Shown in pieces: positions 32,961-41,337 of a stretch of 41,337 nt of DNA. Origin of the DNA: a virus (lineage: Duplodnaviria; Caudoviricetes). The stretch spans positions 1 to 41,337 of IMG/VR virus record IMGVR_UViG_3300013829_000003; one strand, given 5' to 3'. Both the position numbers and the translations under genes were made by a program. Position 1 is the first letter of the stretch, and each line of letters opens with the position of its first letter. Below the pieces are notes generated by a model. That model was not told the origin of the DNA. It searched no databases and worked only from the letters and a program-made list of their open reading frames with translations.

Positions 32961-34207
32961 CGCATCACCTCCAGTCCCGGCACGCACCATTCCGGAATCC
33001 GACCGGCCATCACGTCGTTGACGTAGCAGTGAACCGGCTTGAGGTTGTCTTCGACACGACCGGGGTAACTGACCATCAACTGGCCGTGTCCAATGCGGAC
33101 CTGTGGCGCCATCATCAACCGGAACCCACAGGCAGCGAAGTTGTTCCAGAAATAGATGTCCTCGTCCTGCCGGCCTTCGTGCCAGGAGCCCTGCGGGTCC
33201 GGAATCGGCACAAACCACGGTTTTTTCAGACTCCGCAGCGCCTCCGTGCGGATCAGCGTAAGGCCGAAATGTCCCGTCGCGATCGGCATCAGATCCCGCT
33301 CGAACAGTTCTGCAGGGGACACCGAAGTCACCTGACCGGATTCGTCCCTACGCTGGAACAAGGAAAAATCGTTTTCTCGTGACACCTCGAGGGGGCAGAT
33401 GGCGTCTACACCCGGGTGCTCGACCATCAACTGGCACAAACGCCAGACATGCGACGTCGTGAAAAACGTGTCATAGTCAAGCGTCAGAATGTAATCGTAG
33501 TCGGCCAGTCCCTTTTCCATCATGCGGGTCAACACCTGGCCCCAGAAGACGCCGCTTCCGGTTTCGATGGGGATTCCCAGTGGCAGCAGCTCCCGGATCA
33601 CACACTGCATATTGTCGAGGAATCCCAGACGGGGACGACTCATCACCGCCAGGATTTTTACCGGAGCTGCGTCGTCGCTCTCTTTCGATACGCGATGAGC
33701 CTCGGGTTTCGTTCCCATCAGATTCAGACTGTCGCCACGCGATGCGCAATCCTGGATTTCGGATGTCCATGGCCGAATATCCACGAGTCCGGCCGCCGCC
33801 ATCAGAGACCGCAGACTGGATTCGTCGAACAGAGCCTTGTGGTAATCGCGGTCATCTGTCTGTCCGCCCATGATGACGCCGAGATAGTTGTCCGGTTTCC
33901 CCTCGGCGTAGGCCCTCGCCAGTCGTCCGAAGTCCGGCACGGCGATCTTGAGCACGCCGCCCGGCGTGAGCCGGCTCACCCAGTTCGTGACGACGTCCAG
34001 AGTCCTGGCGTGCGGGAAATGCTCCAAGACGTGCGAGGCCCTGATTTCATCCGCCTGCCAACCCATAGACAGACAGACACCGCCGTCACACGCATACGCC
34101 TCTTGCAGGGGATAGATCTCGTGCCCTGTTTTCGCGTCCAGGTTGAAATAACCCAACAGCGGCCTGTCACCACTGCCGAGGTTCAGTTTGATTCGCGTCT
34201 TGTCCAT
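32957..34207 (-). CDS. SAM methyltransferase - GT-A glycosyltransferase fusion
   Basis: KLNLGSG, ASHVLEHF, LTPGGVLKIAVPDF (class I MTase); LTLDYD (DxD), HFGLTLIR, DEDIYFW, IGH (GT2-like). Confidence 0.85.
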   Translation of the reverse strand: MDKTRIKLNLGSGDRPLLGYFNLDAKTGHEIYPLQEAYACDGGVCLSMGWQADEIRASHVLEHFPHARTLDVVTNWVSRLTPGGVLKIAVPDFGRLARAYAEGKPDNYLGVIMGGQTDDRDYHKALFDESSLRSLMAAAGLVDIRPWTSEIQDCASRGDSLNLMGTKPEAHRVSKESDDAAPVKILAVMSRPRLGFLDNMQCVIRELLPLGIPIETGSGVFWGQVLTRMMEKGLADYDYILTLDYDTFFTTSHVWRLCQLMVEHPGVDAICPLEVSRENDFSLFQRRDESGQVTSVSPAELFERDLMPIATGHFGLTLIRTEALRSLKKPWFVPIPDPQGSWHEGRQDEDIYFWNNFAACGFRLMMAPQVRIGHGQLMVSYPGRVEDNLKPVHCYVNDVMAGRIPEWCVPGLEVMR

Positions 34208-34235
34208 GCGTTTTGCCTTCCATTCGAGGGGAAAG

Positions 34236-34276
34236 CCATTCGAGCGGCCGCAGACGGCCCGCGACCGCTCGAATGG
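34236..34276 (-). terminator. Hairpin after the capsid/decoration genes
   Basis: CCATTCGAGCGG/CCGCTCGAATGG 12-bp stem followed by CTTTC. Confidence 0.55.
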
Positions 34277-34291
34277 AAGACATCAATTCAG

Positions 34292-34813
34292 TCAGTCTCG
34301 AACCACGACACCGCATTGAGATGTCGCGCTCGTATTGCTGTTGTTGACGACTGCGCTCTTGTGCGCCGCCGTCTCCGCACTCTCCTTGGCACGGCACAGT
34401 TTGATCACCGCGCCATAGACACCGCCGGAGGTGTGGGTTCCTCCGGTGAGTTCCAGACCGATGTACTTTTTGCGTTTCCGCAAGTCGATCTGGAATTCAA
34501 CTGTCGTCCCGTTCTTCCACGCCGCCGCCGTGGGCAGGACGTAACCGACGCTCGTCCCCGTGGCCGTGCCGCCGGTGAATGCGACGACGTCCGTCATACT
34601 CGTCGGACTGGTCGCCGTATCGCTCTCGGCCAGGTTAATTGCACTGGGTGCGTCACCGGATGTGTGGGACAGTTTTCCGTGGACAATCACCAGGGCGCTA
34701 TCGTAGGGAACGCCCCGGGAATCCACCTTGGAAAAGCTCATTTCAGCAGTTCCGGCCCCCGTCAATGCGGCAGGGGGCATCAGAACCGTCGCGCCTTCTT
34801 CAATCGGCATCAT
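34292..34813 (-). CDS. Putative capsid decoration/cement protein
   Basis: Directly after the MCP; Ser/Thr-rich beta protein; IDLRKRKKYI; AAGGAG RBS. Confidence 0.7.
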   Translation of the reverse strand: MMPIEEGATVLMPPAALTGAGTAEMSFSKVDSRGVPYDSALVIVHGKLSHTSGDAPSAINLAESDTATSPTSMTDVVAFTGGTATGTSVGYVLPTAAAWKNGTTVEFQIDLRKRKKYIGLELTGGTHTSGGVYGAVIKLCRAKESAETAAHKSAVVNNSNTSATSQCGVVVRD

Positions 34814-34898
34814 ATCGTTTCTCCTTGCATACGCTTGTTGTTGGCTCAGCCGGGGCGAACTTGTGTGCGCCCCAGCTGCTCTGCAATCACTACCTGCG

Positions 34899-36326
34899 TT
34901 ACGACGCCGCCGAGACCAAGGCCACGGCCGGGCCGGCCTCCGAGCTGGTGCCGACGTCGTGGACGTTGATGTCGAATCGTTCCGTGGCGCGGATCGCGAA
35001 TTGATCCGTCTCGAAGACGTTCACGCCGTCGACGGTCGCCGAATCGCTCATCGCCATCGTCATCTGCATCCTGTCTCCGAGATCCGCGGCCAGACGCAGA
35101 TCCGCCAGGACCGCAGCCACCTGACTGTTGGCGTCCGACTTCGGGAACAGTTCGGACTTCTCCACTGGATAACCGAAGGCCCGCTCCTCGCGGACGCCGG
35201 CGACCACATTCGCGACCGTGTTGCCGCCAGCTGCCATCGCCAGCGCGTCCATCACGGTCGCCTTGTAGAATTTGTGGCAGTACCACTTCGCCCCGGGTTC
35301 GGCGTACGTCGGCAGACGGCCGATCACCGTCATGTGGTCTCCGAGCTTGAATTCCGAGAACAGATTTCCACTTGCGACGACCTGACCGCCGCCTCCGTCG
35401 ACGACCCCGTTGATCGCGATCAGTTTCGTCACCAGCCCCACAATCCCGCCGCAGGCGCTGGTGCCGTCGCCGTAGAAGCCGCAGTAGTCCTCCTTGTACG
35501 ACAGCGCCTGAGCCACTTCGAACGCCAGGTTGTCGGCCATGGAGATGATCGCGTCGGCGTTGAGCTCGTTGGTAATCATCGAGAGCACCATGAGCTTTTT
35601 GGCGATCAGCTTCACGATGTCCCACGACCCATTGCTCTTGGTCCCCACTGCGCCCTCGCCGACGAAATGGGCCGTCAAGCCGCCCGTACGCCGCATGCGG
35701 GTTTTCTCGTCACTGGTCATCGGCACGACGCGGCAGTTCCTGCGGAACACGCCGTACTGCAGAACGAGGCGGATGATGTCCCGGTCGAACTCGGGCAGGA
35801 CCAGGTAGCCGCCCTGACTGTTCGTGCCCTCGTTGTAGTCCGCTCCGATCGCCAGGTTGTGGTCCTTGGCGTCGACCCAGTCGAGCTTGATTCCGTAGTC
35901 ACGGCAGAACCGCTTGGATCCGTCGTGGCCTCCGATGGCCATGAGCCAGCGGCCGAACCGATAGGCCCGTTCCGCCGCGGAGCGTTTGTCCCGCTCGCCA
36001 CTGAAACACATCAGCGTGCCGCGAGGTTCGGGCATTTCGATCCTCGGAGGCTGGCCAGGCGTCACGCCGGCGGACCGCTCGGCCGCATCGACCACCACGG
36101 CGGCCGCATCGCTTCGCGTGGGGCCCCTCTGATGCGCGTCCAGCAACGCCTGCTCCCTCTGAATTTTCGCGTCCAGGGCCTGCAATGCGGAGGTCTTCGC
36201 GTTCCAGGTCTTTTGCTCCTCCTCGCCCAGGTCGCGATCCTCGTCCATCGCCTTTTTGTGGATCGCCTCCATCTCGGCGACGAGTCCGTCCCGCTGCTCG
36301 TGCATTTTCATCAATCGTTCTCTCAT
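34899..36326 (-). CDS. Major capsid protein, HK97 fold
   Basis: N-terminal coiled-coil delta domain, GGYLV, FVGEG, AIRATERFD. Confidence 0.95.
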   Translation of the reverse strand: MRERLMKMHEQRDGLVAEMEAIHKKAMDEDRDLGEEEQKTWNAKTSALQALDAKIQREQALLDAHQRGPTRSDAAAVVVDAAERSAGVTPGQPPRIEMPEPRGTLMCFSGERDKRSAAERAYRFGRWLMAIGGHDGSKRFCRDYGIKLDWVDAKDHNLAIGADYNEGTNSQGGYLVLPEFDRDIIRLVLQYGVFRRNCRVVPMTSDEKTRMRRTGGLTAHFVGEGAVGTKSNGSWDIVKLIAKKLMVLSMITNELNADAIISMADNLAFEVAQALSYKEDYCGFYGDGTSACGGIVGLVTKLIAINGVVDGGGGQVVASGNLFSEFKLGDHMTVIGRLPTYAEPGAKWYCHKFYKATVMDALAMAAGGNTVANVVAGVREERAFGYPVEKSELFPKSDANSQVAAVLADLRLAADLGDRMQMTMAMSDSATVDGVNVFETDQFAIRATERFDINVHDVGTSSEAGPAVALVSAAS

Positions 36327-36414
36327 GGTGTTTCTCCTTGTTGGCGACCCTGTCGCCGTTTTGTTTCCTCATGCTATGCAGCGAGTTCGGACGCTGCCGC
36401 TTCGACCGCCTCCG

Positions 36415-37350
36415 CTACCGCATCGTCGGTCGCCGAATCTTCGCCAACTCCATATCCCGGGCACGCGATGCCGCCCGGCTTGCACTCCGTGTCTTCCCAC
36501 GGCCCCGCAGGTCGGAAACCAGTTGCTCAAACGACGCCACGCGGTCAACCATTTTCGCCTCGACGGCGGCGGCGGCTCCGACCACGCGGCCCTGTCCGAA
36601 TCGCTCGCGGACTGTCTTGGTCGAGACACCACGATTACGAGCCAGACCATCCACGAACATCGTGTAGTACTCGTCCACGCGCGATTGAATCGCAGCCCTG
36701 GCCTCATCATTCAGCGGCTCGTAGGGATTGCCCTCCACCTTGTACCGGCCGGCGTAGACGTACGAGGTCTTTCTTCCGGCCTTTTCCTCGGCCTTGCTGT
36801 AGTCTCCGTGCATGGCGACCACGCCAACCGAACCCATCTCGCCTCCCGGTGTAATCACGACCTGATCGGCAGATGTCCCGAGCCAGAACGCCGCCGAGGC
36901 CATCAGCGAATTCGCGATGGCGATGATCGGTTTGCCGCTGCGGGCCTCTCGGGAATTGAAGATCTTCTCGGCCAACTCCGCAACGCCGTACACGCTGCCT
37001 CCTGGACTGTCGACGTCCAGCACGACTGCCCCGACCGTGTCGTCCGCCAGGGCCTTGTCCAGCATGGCGCCGATCCGCTCCGTGCTGGTCCCGCCGCTGA
37101 AGGCGTGCATCAGGTCCATTCGTTGGGCAATCGTGCCATAGACCGGCACGACGGCCACGCTGCCGGATACCGCCGGCGTGCTTCGTTTCGCGGCGGCGTC
37201 CAGGGCCGCCACAACCTCAGCCGACACCACGCCGCCAGAGGCCTTCATGTCCAGAAAACCCACGATCTCATCGAGTTTCTCGGGGAGAATCGCCCACGGA
37301 CTGCCGTAGACCGCCGCACGGATATGGGGATAGAGGTTTTCACTATCCAT
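36415..37350 (-). CDS. Prohead protease, S49 family
   Basis: VDSPGGSV, MASAAFWL, GSVGV, AGRYKVEGNP. Confidence 0.93.
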   Translation of the reverse strand: MDSENLYPHIRAAVYGSPWAILPEKLDEIVGFLDMKASGGVVSAEVVAALDAAAKRSTPAVSGSVAVVPVYGTIAQRMDLMHAFSGGTSTERIGAMLDKALADDTVGAVVLDVDSPGGSVYGVAELAEKIFNSREARSGKPIIAIANSLMASAAFWLGTSADQVVITPGGEMGSVGVVAMHGDYSKAEEKAGRKTSYVYAGRYKVEGNPYEPLNDEARAAIQSRVDEYYTMFVDGLARNRGVSTKTVRERFGQGRVVGAAAAVEAKMVDRVASFEQLVSDLRGRGKTRSASRAASRARDMELAKIRRPTMR

Positions 37351-38896
37351 GGTTCACCTCTCGCATGATCGTCTCATAGATTTGTTCCGGACGTTCGTCT
37401 CGCAGGAACGCCATCGCCTCGTCAGGCGACATGTCCGCCACACACATCCCCTGCGAGGTCAACTCGGCCAGACAGTCGGATCTCCGCCCGGCGACCAGCA
37501 GGGGGGCCAATGCCTTGTCCATGTATTCCCGGTGCTTGCCGCAGTAGACGTCTTTGACCCAGTCGGGCCACGACATGAACCCCGTAGCGCTGCGCCATCG
37601 CGCCACAGCCCGCAATTCGGCGCCTGCGATCCGTCCGGCGATGTCCTTCGCCCAAGCCTCCGCCGTCGCCGCTTCGTCCCGCTGCGTCGAACGCGAGGAA
37701 CCATCGCCACCGCGATTGCCCATCAGGTTCGCCGCCTCCGTGAACTCATCGCCTCCGTCCACCGGGTTGCGGTCCTCGATCTGCCGCCATTCGTTGCGAC
37801 TGAGGACACCATTCAGTTTCTGGATCGCCAGCGCCTCGGTCCTCGTCTTGACATCACCTCGGAGGAGGCCCTCCATCGTGAACATCGCCACATGGCCCTC
37901 GTCTCGCATGAACAGGTCCCGCTCCAGGGCCTGCTCCCATCGCACGACCCATGCCCTCAGGCAGCTCGTCACGTAGTCAATCTGGAGCTGCTCGACGTTG
38001 TTGTATTTACTGTGCTCCTGATCGCCCACCTTGAACGCCGGGACGCGGAAGATTCGGCACAGGTCCTGCACGCTGAATTTTCGGCTGTCGATGAACTCTG
38101 CCTCTTTCGGGTCCACGCCGAGACGACTGGCCTTCATACCCTCCTGGGTAATCAGGGTCCGAAACGCCCGCGGCGAGCCCGAGTATCCGTCCGCGATCTG
38201 TTTTTTTAGATTATCGAGCGACTTGTCCGACAAGGTGTTCGGGTGTTCCAGGTGCAGGCCGATGTGGGCCCCGTTGCGGTAGAAGCTCCCCTGAAACTGC
38301 TCCGTGGCCAGTGAGATGCCGATGGAGTCCGCCGCGTATCCGATAGGACTCAACCCTTTGACGCCATCGAGACCGAACCCCCGCAGGTGCAGAATGTCCT
38401 GCTGGTCAAATGTCCTCTCGGTCAGCGTGACCGGGTCCTGCACGATGTAGACCAGCCGCTTCGTCGTCGCATCGCGTTCGATGCGCACCGTGTCCGGATG
38501 GATCGGCTCCAGCGCAACCGGCGTATCCCGTTCGTCCGGCACGATTTTCGCGTAGGCATTGCCTCGCAGCAGGACATGTCCCTGCATGACCTCGCGGAAT
38601 TCCATCGACGTCTGCCATGCGTTCGGGGCATTATGGAGCAGATACCAGAGACGATGCGTGGTCGCCTGCTCCTTGACGCCGCCTGGAAGCAAGCGGTAGA
38701 CCTTCAGCGGCAGGCTGGCCAGGTCCTCCGCGATCACCTTGACACAGGCCATGACGGTGGAGACTCGCAGCGCCTGTTCCGGTGTGATTCGCGGCCCGGC
38801 CCAACTCCCGTAGGCCGCCACTTCGTGCCATACCTCCCGATTGCCGACGCGAGAGTATCCCATCCATCCGGCCAGTCTGTCGAGGATCACACCCAT
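37343..38896 (-). CDS. Portal protein, HK97 family (C-terminally extended)
   Basis: VMACVKVIAEDLASLP, LLRGNAY, ILHLR, GLSPI, RIFRVP, NEWR; start MGVILD. Confidence 0.95.
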   Translation of the reverse strand: MGVILDRLAGWMGYSRVGNREVWHEVAAYGSWAGPRITPEQALRVSTVMACVKVIAEDLASLPLKVYRLLPGGVKEQATTHRLWYLLHNAPNAWQTSMEFREVMQGHVLLRGNAYAKIVPDERDTPVALEPIHPDTVRIERDATTKRLVYIVQDPVTLTERTFDQQDILHLRGFGLDGVKGLSPIGYAADSIGISLATEQFQGSFYRNGAHIGLHLEHPNTLSDKSLDNLKKQIADGYSGSPRAFRTLITQEGMKASRLGVDPKEAEFIDSRKFSVQDLCRIFRVPAFKVGDQEHSKYNNVEQLQIDYVTSCLRAWVVRWEQALERDLFMRDEGHVAMFTMEGLLRGDVKTRTEALAIQKLNGVLSRNEWRQIEDRNPVDGGDEFTEAANLMGNRGGDGSSRSTQRDEAATAEAWAKDIAGRIAGAELRAVARWRSATGFMSWPDWVKDVYCGKHREYMDKALAPLLVAGRRSDCLAELTSQGMCVADMSPDEAMAFLRDERPEQIYETIMREVNHG

Positions 38897-40722
38897 AGTC
38901 TGGTGCCCTCCTCCTCGTACACGCTCCGTTTGACCGGCTCGGCGGTCGTCGCCAGGTAGGTTGCCATCGTCAGGGACACGATGCCGTCGATCTTCTCCGT
39001 GCTCTTGTCCTTGTCCGGACTCACGCGACCGCCCTTGTGGTAGCCGACGACGTTGCCCGCCATCCACCGCATGACCGGATTGCCGTCGTGGTAGAGCCGG
39101 CGGTGCCTGCCGTCGCTTTCCTCCGTGGCTCTGGCGCCGTTGAGCAAGAGGCCCAACAACTCCCGGAAGGGCGCGCCCAGTGTGAATACGCCTTGCTTGA
39201 TGTAGACGATCTTGTCGGTGCCGATGTGCTTGGCGAGGTCCTGGGCGCTGTGATGCGCCTGCCAGCCGGGGTCGATGCCGATCCGCGGCACGCTGTGGTT
39301 CTCGCAGATCTGCACGATGTCCGCCGCGACCTGATCGTAGTCCACCTCGTTGCCCTGGGTCCGCGCAATCCACCCAGCCCGCGACCAGGCGTCGATGATC
39401 GCCTGCATCTTGGGATCGCGGACAATGGGCTGCTCCGGCAGCCAGAACCACGTGCGAGCCGTCAAACTCGACCGCGTGACGACGATCTTCTCGGATTTCG
39501 GATCGTCCGGGTCCTTGGGGATCTCGACCCGCTCGCCGTCGTCGTGCGGGAACACGAGCGAAAAGGCGCAGAAATCACGCCACGAGCCGATGTCCAGGGC
39601 GCCGTAAGCGAGTTGCCCTTTGAACTGCGACCAGTCGATCTTCGTCTCGCAGGCGTCCCACTCGGGCAGGGGAATGCAGTGTCTGGCCTGCGAGGTCTTG
39701 ATGTTCAGGTGATACCGCTTGAATTCGAGCTGGTACACCGGGTCGATCTTGGCCTTGCCGACCTCTCGCCGGAACCAGTCGAGGCTCACCGAGACGCCCA
39801 GATTCGGATTCGCCTTGGCCCAGATATCCGGATGCGTCCAGTCGTCTTCCACCGGCCGGCCATCCTTGCCCTTGTGCATGGCCTCGTAGATTACCGGCAG
39901 GAAGTGTTTGTCGTAGCCGGGCCGGTCCCTGTGTCCTCCGTTGTCCCGCACAGCGCAGGCGTAGGCGTATTTGTCGTTGCAGATCGAGGGGCGGTCGTAG
40001 TCGGCCGTCGTGATGTAGAGCACGAGTGTGCCGGCCGAGTTCTGGCTGGCCGTCGAGGTCGTCATCTTCACGACGAGGTCGCGGTCGTTGATCTCGTGCA
40101 GTTCGTCGATCGCGATCAGCTTGCTCTTTCGACCACTCTTCGCCCCGCCTTCGCCGCTGAGGACCTTCAGATAATTGCCGCGCTCGGTGTGTTCGATGGT
40201 CTTCGTCGAGGTGTAGATCTGCACGCGGGCCATCATCTCCGGCTCGGCCTGGATCATGCCCTTGACGTGCCGGAAGAGCAGCGAGGCCTGCTCGGTGTCG
40301 GCGGCGAGGCAGTAGTTCTGCTGGCCGTGTTCCGGGTCGCAGAACATCACGGCGGCCGTGATCGCAGCGCAGAGAGGCGTCTTGCCGTTTTTGCGGGGGA
40401 TGTAGACGAACACTTCCTGGAACCGTCGGACGATCTGGCCTGTTGAGTCCGTGGTGTACCAGCCGAAGATGTTCGCGACGATGGCCTTCTCCCACGGCTC
40501 CAAGAGGAACGGCTGTCCCGCCAGTGGTCCTTCGATGTGCGTGCAGCAGTTCTCGATAAAGTCGATGTAGAACTGGGCTGCGTCCGCGTCGAACCAGCAA
40601 TCGTCGGCGTGCAGGAAGGGGTCATAGCCTGGAATGTCGCACAGGATGGACCGCCATCGCTTCGGCGCCAGCGTCCGGCGTCGCGTAACCGTCTTACCGC
40701 GATGTCGCGTCGCCGTGGTCAT
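38887..40722 (-). CDS. terL: Terminase large subunit
   Basis: PRKNGKT Walker A, IDELH Walker B, ANPNLG, KIDGIV; ATGA overlap with terS. Confidence 0.96.
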   Translation of the reverse strand: MTTATRHRGKTVTRRRTLAPKRWRSILCDIPGYDPFLHADDCWFDADAAQFYIDFIENCCTHIEGPLAGQPFLLEPWEKAIVANIFGWYTTDSTGQIVRRFQEVFVYIPRKNGKTPLCAAITAAVMFCDPEHGQQNYCLAADTEQASLLFRHVKGMIQAEPEMMARVQIYTSTKTIEHTERGNYLKVLSGEGGAKSGRKSKLIAIDELHEINDRDLVVKMTTSTASQNSAGTLVLYITTADYDRPSICNDKYAYACAVRDNGGHRDRPGYDKHFLPVIYEAMHKGKDGRPVEDDWTHPDIWAKANPNLGVSVSLDWFRREVGKAKIDPVYQLEFKRYHLNIKTSQARHCIPLPEWDACETKIDWSQFKGQLAYGALDIGSWRDFCAFSLVFPHDDGERVEIPKDPDDPKSEKIVVTRSSLTARTWFWLPEQPIVRDPKMQAIIDAWSRAGWIARTQGNEVDYDQVAADIVQICENHSVPRIGIDPGWQAHHSAQDLAKHIGTDKIVYIKQGVFTLGAPFRELLGLLLNGARATEESDGRHRRLYHDGNPVMRWMAGNVVGYHKGGRVSPDKDKSTEKIDGIVSLTMATYLATTAEPVKRSVYEEEGTRLWV

Positions 40723-41228
40723 CCCGCACCTTTGAAGAACTTGCCTTTGCCGGCGTCGTCGGTCTTCGTCTGGACCGCTCGCACACTGGCCAGATCCGCC
40801 GGCGTCAGTCCGAATGATGCCGCGCCCTTCTGCACCTGCTCCCACATCTGCTTGCGGATCGCCACCCAGGGACTCTGCACCGCGTTCCCCTTGTCTGTGG
40901 TGGTCACCATGCCGTCCGCCTCCGCGTCGCACTTCGTACACGCAAGGATGAATCGCGCGTACGAGTCACAGATGCATTCGAACGCCTCGCGGTAGCTGTC
41001 CACCAGGAGCCCGACGTCAAAGAGTTGCGGAGCCAGCCGATCCCAGGTTCGGCGGGCCACAAGCCGTACGGCTTCTCCGTCGTCGGTTTTTGCCTTCGTA
41101 ATGAAGCGTTTGGGACACGCAGGCCGTGTCTGGTCGAGTTTTGCCTCGGGACCTCTGCGGTTACCCCTCCAGGATTGCCGCAGCTTCAGGATGGCGGTCG
41201 GTGTTGGCTTTGGTCCTCGTTTACCCAT
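40719..41228 (-). CDS. terS: Terminase small subunit, P27 family
   Basis: MGKRGPKPTPTAILKL...QSPWV...FGLTPA. Confidence 0.93.
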   Translation of the reverse strand: MGKRGPKPTPTAILKLRQSWRGNRRGPEAKLDQTRPACPKRFITKAKTDDGEAVRLVARRTWDRLAPQLFDVGLLVDSYREAFECICDSYARFILACTKCDAEADGMVTTTDKGNAVQSPWVAIRKQMWEQVQKGAASFGLTPADLASVRAVQTKTDDAGKGKFFKGAG

Positions 41229-41337
41229 CGGAAAGCCCCCCCAAGGAAACCCCCTCGGCCGAGCCATCTTCTGGGGCGATGTCGCCTCCTGCGGGGCCTA
41301 CACTATTTCGAAAACCCGTGAATAAAAATGCGCGACT

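Noticed and set aside
37343-40941. Long N-terminal extensions of portal, TerL and other ORF-track calls (e.g. 10481-12136, 29669-31246)
   Set aside because: The extensions overlap upstream genes in another frame; internal starts with RBS or ATGA coupling fit better
41221-41337. HNH-TerS fusion across the genome ends
   Set aside because: Direct joining puts HNH in a different frame from terS (it stops at TAA 41221-41223); the number of missing junction bases is unknown

Overview
The window looks like an essentially complete, GC-rich temperate siphovirus genome in its non-integrated form, read mostly on the minus strand. It appears to be cut at a cos site between an HNH endonuclease (left end, running off the window) and the small terminase (right end). 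The right arm (18.5-41.2 kb) is a lambda/HK97-like morphogenesis operon: TerS, TerL, portal, S49 protease, capsid, neck, tail tube, frameshifted tail chaperone, TMP, Dit-LamG, gpL-like and gpJ-like genes. A methyltransferase-glycosyltransferase fusion and a LamG fibre module are inserted between head and neck. The left arm (0.4-12.3 kb) carries replication, recombination and regulatory genes, an SNF2-helicase/DNA-methylase pair, secreted proteins and a signal-anchored lytic transglycosylase. The centre holds a tyrosine integrase with an attP matching the 3' half of tRNA-Gln(CTG). The most unusual features are: (1) a tRNA-punctuated array of small structured non-coding units, two with loop-loop/pseudoknot complementarity, plus two paralogous hairpin-rich leaders on either side of int/attP; (2) a tail tube protein with a nested A-A'-B-B' duplication; (3) about a dozen period-9 repeats at gene and cassette junctions; (4) a 13-15 bp promoter motif shared by three probable lysogeny genes. 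The host is probably a planctomycete (Phycisphaerae-like); this is inference only. All structures and family assignments were made by eye, without folding or database searches.
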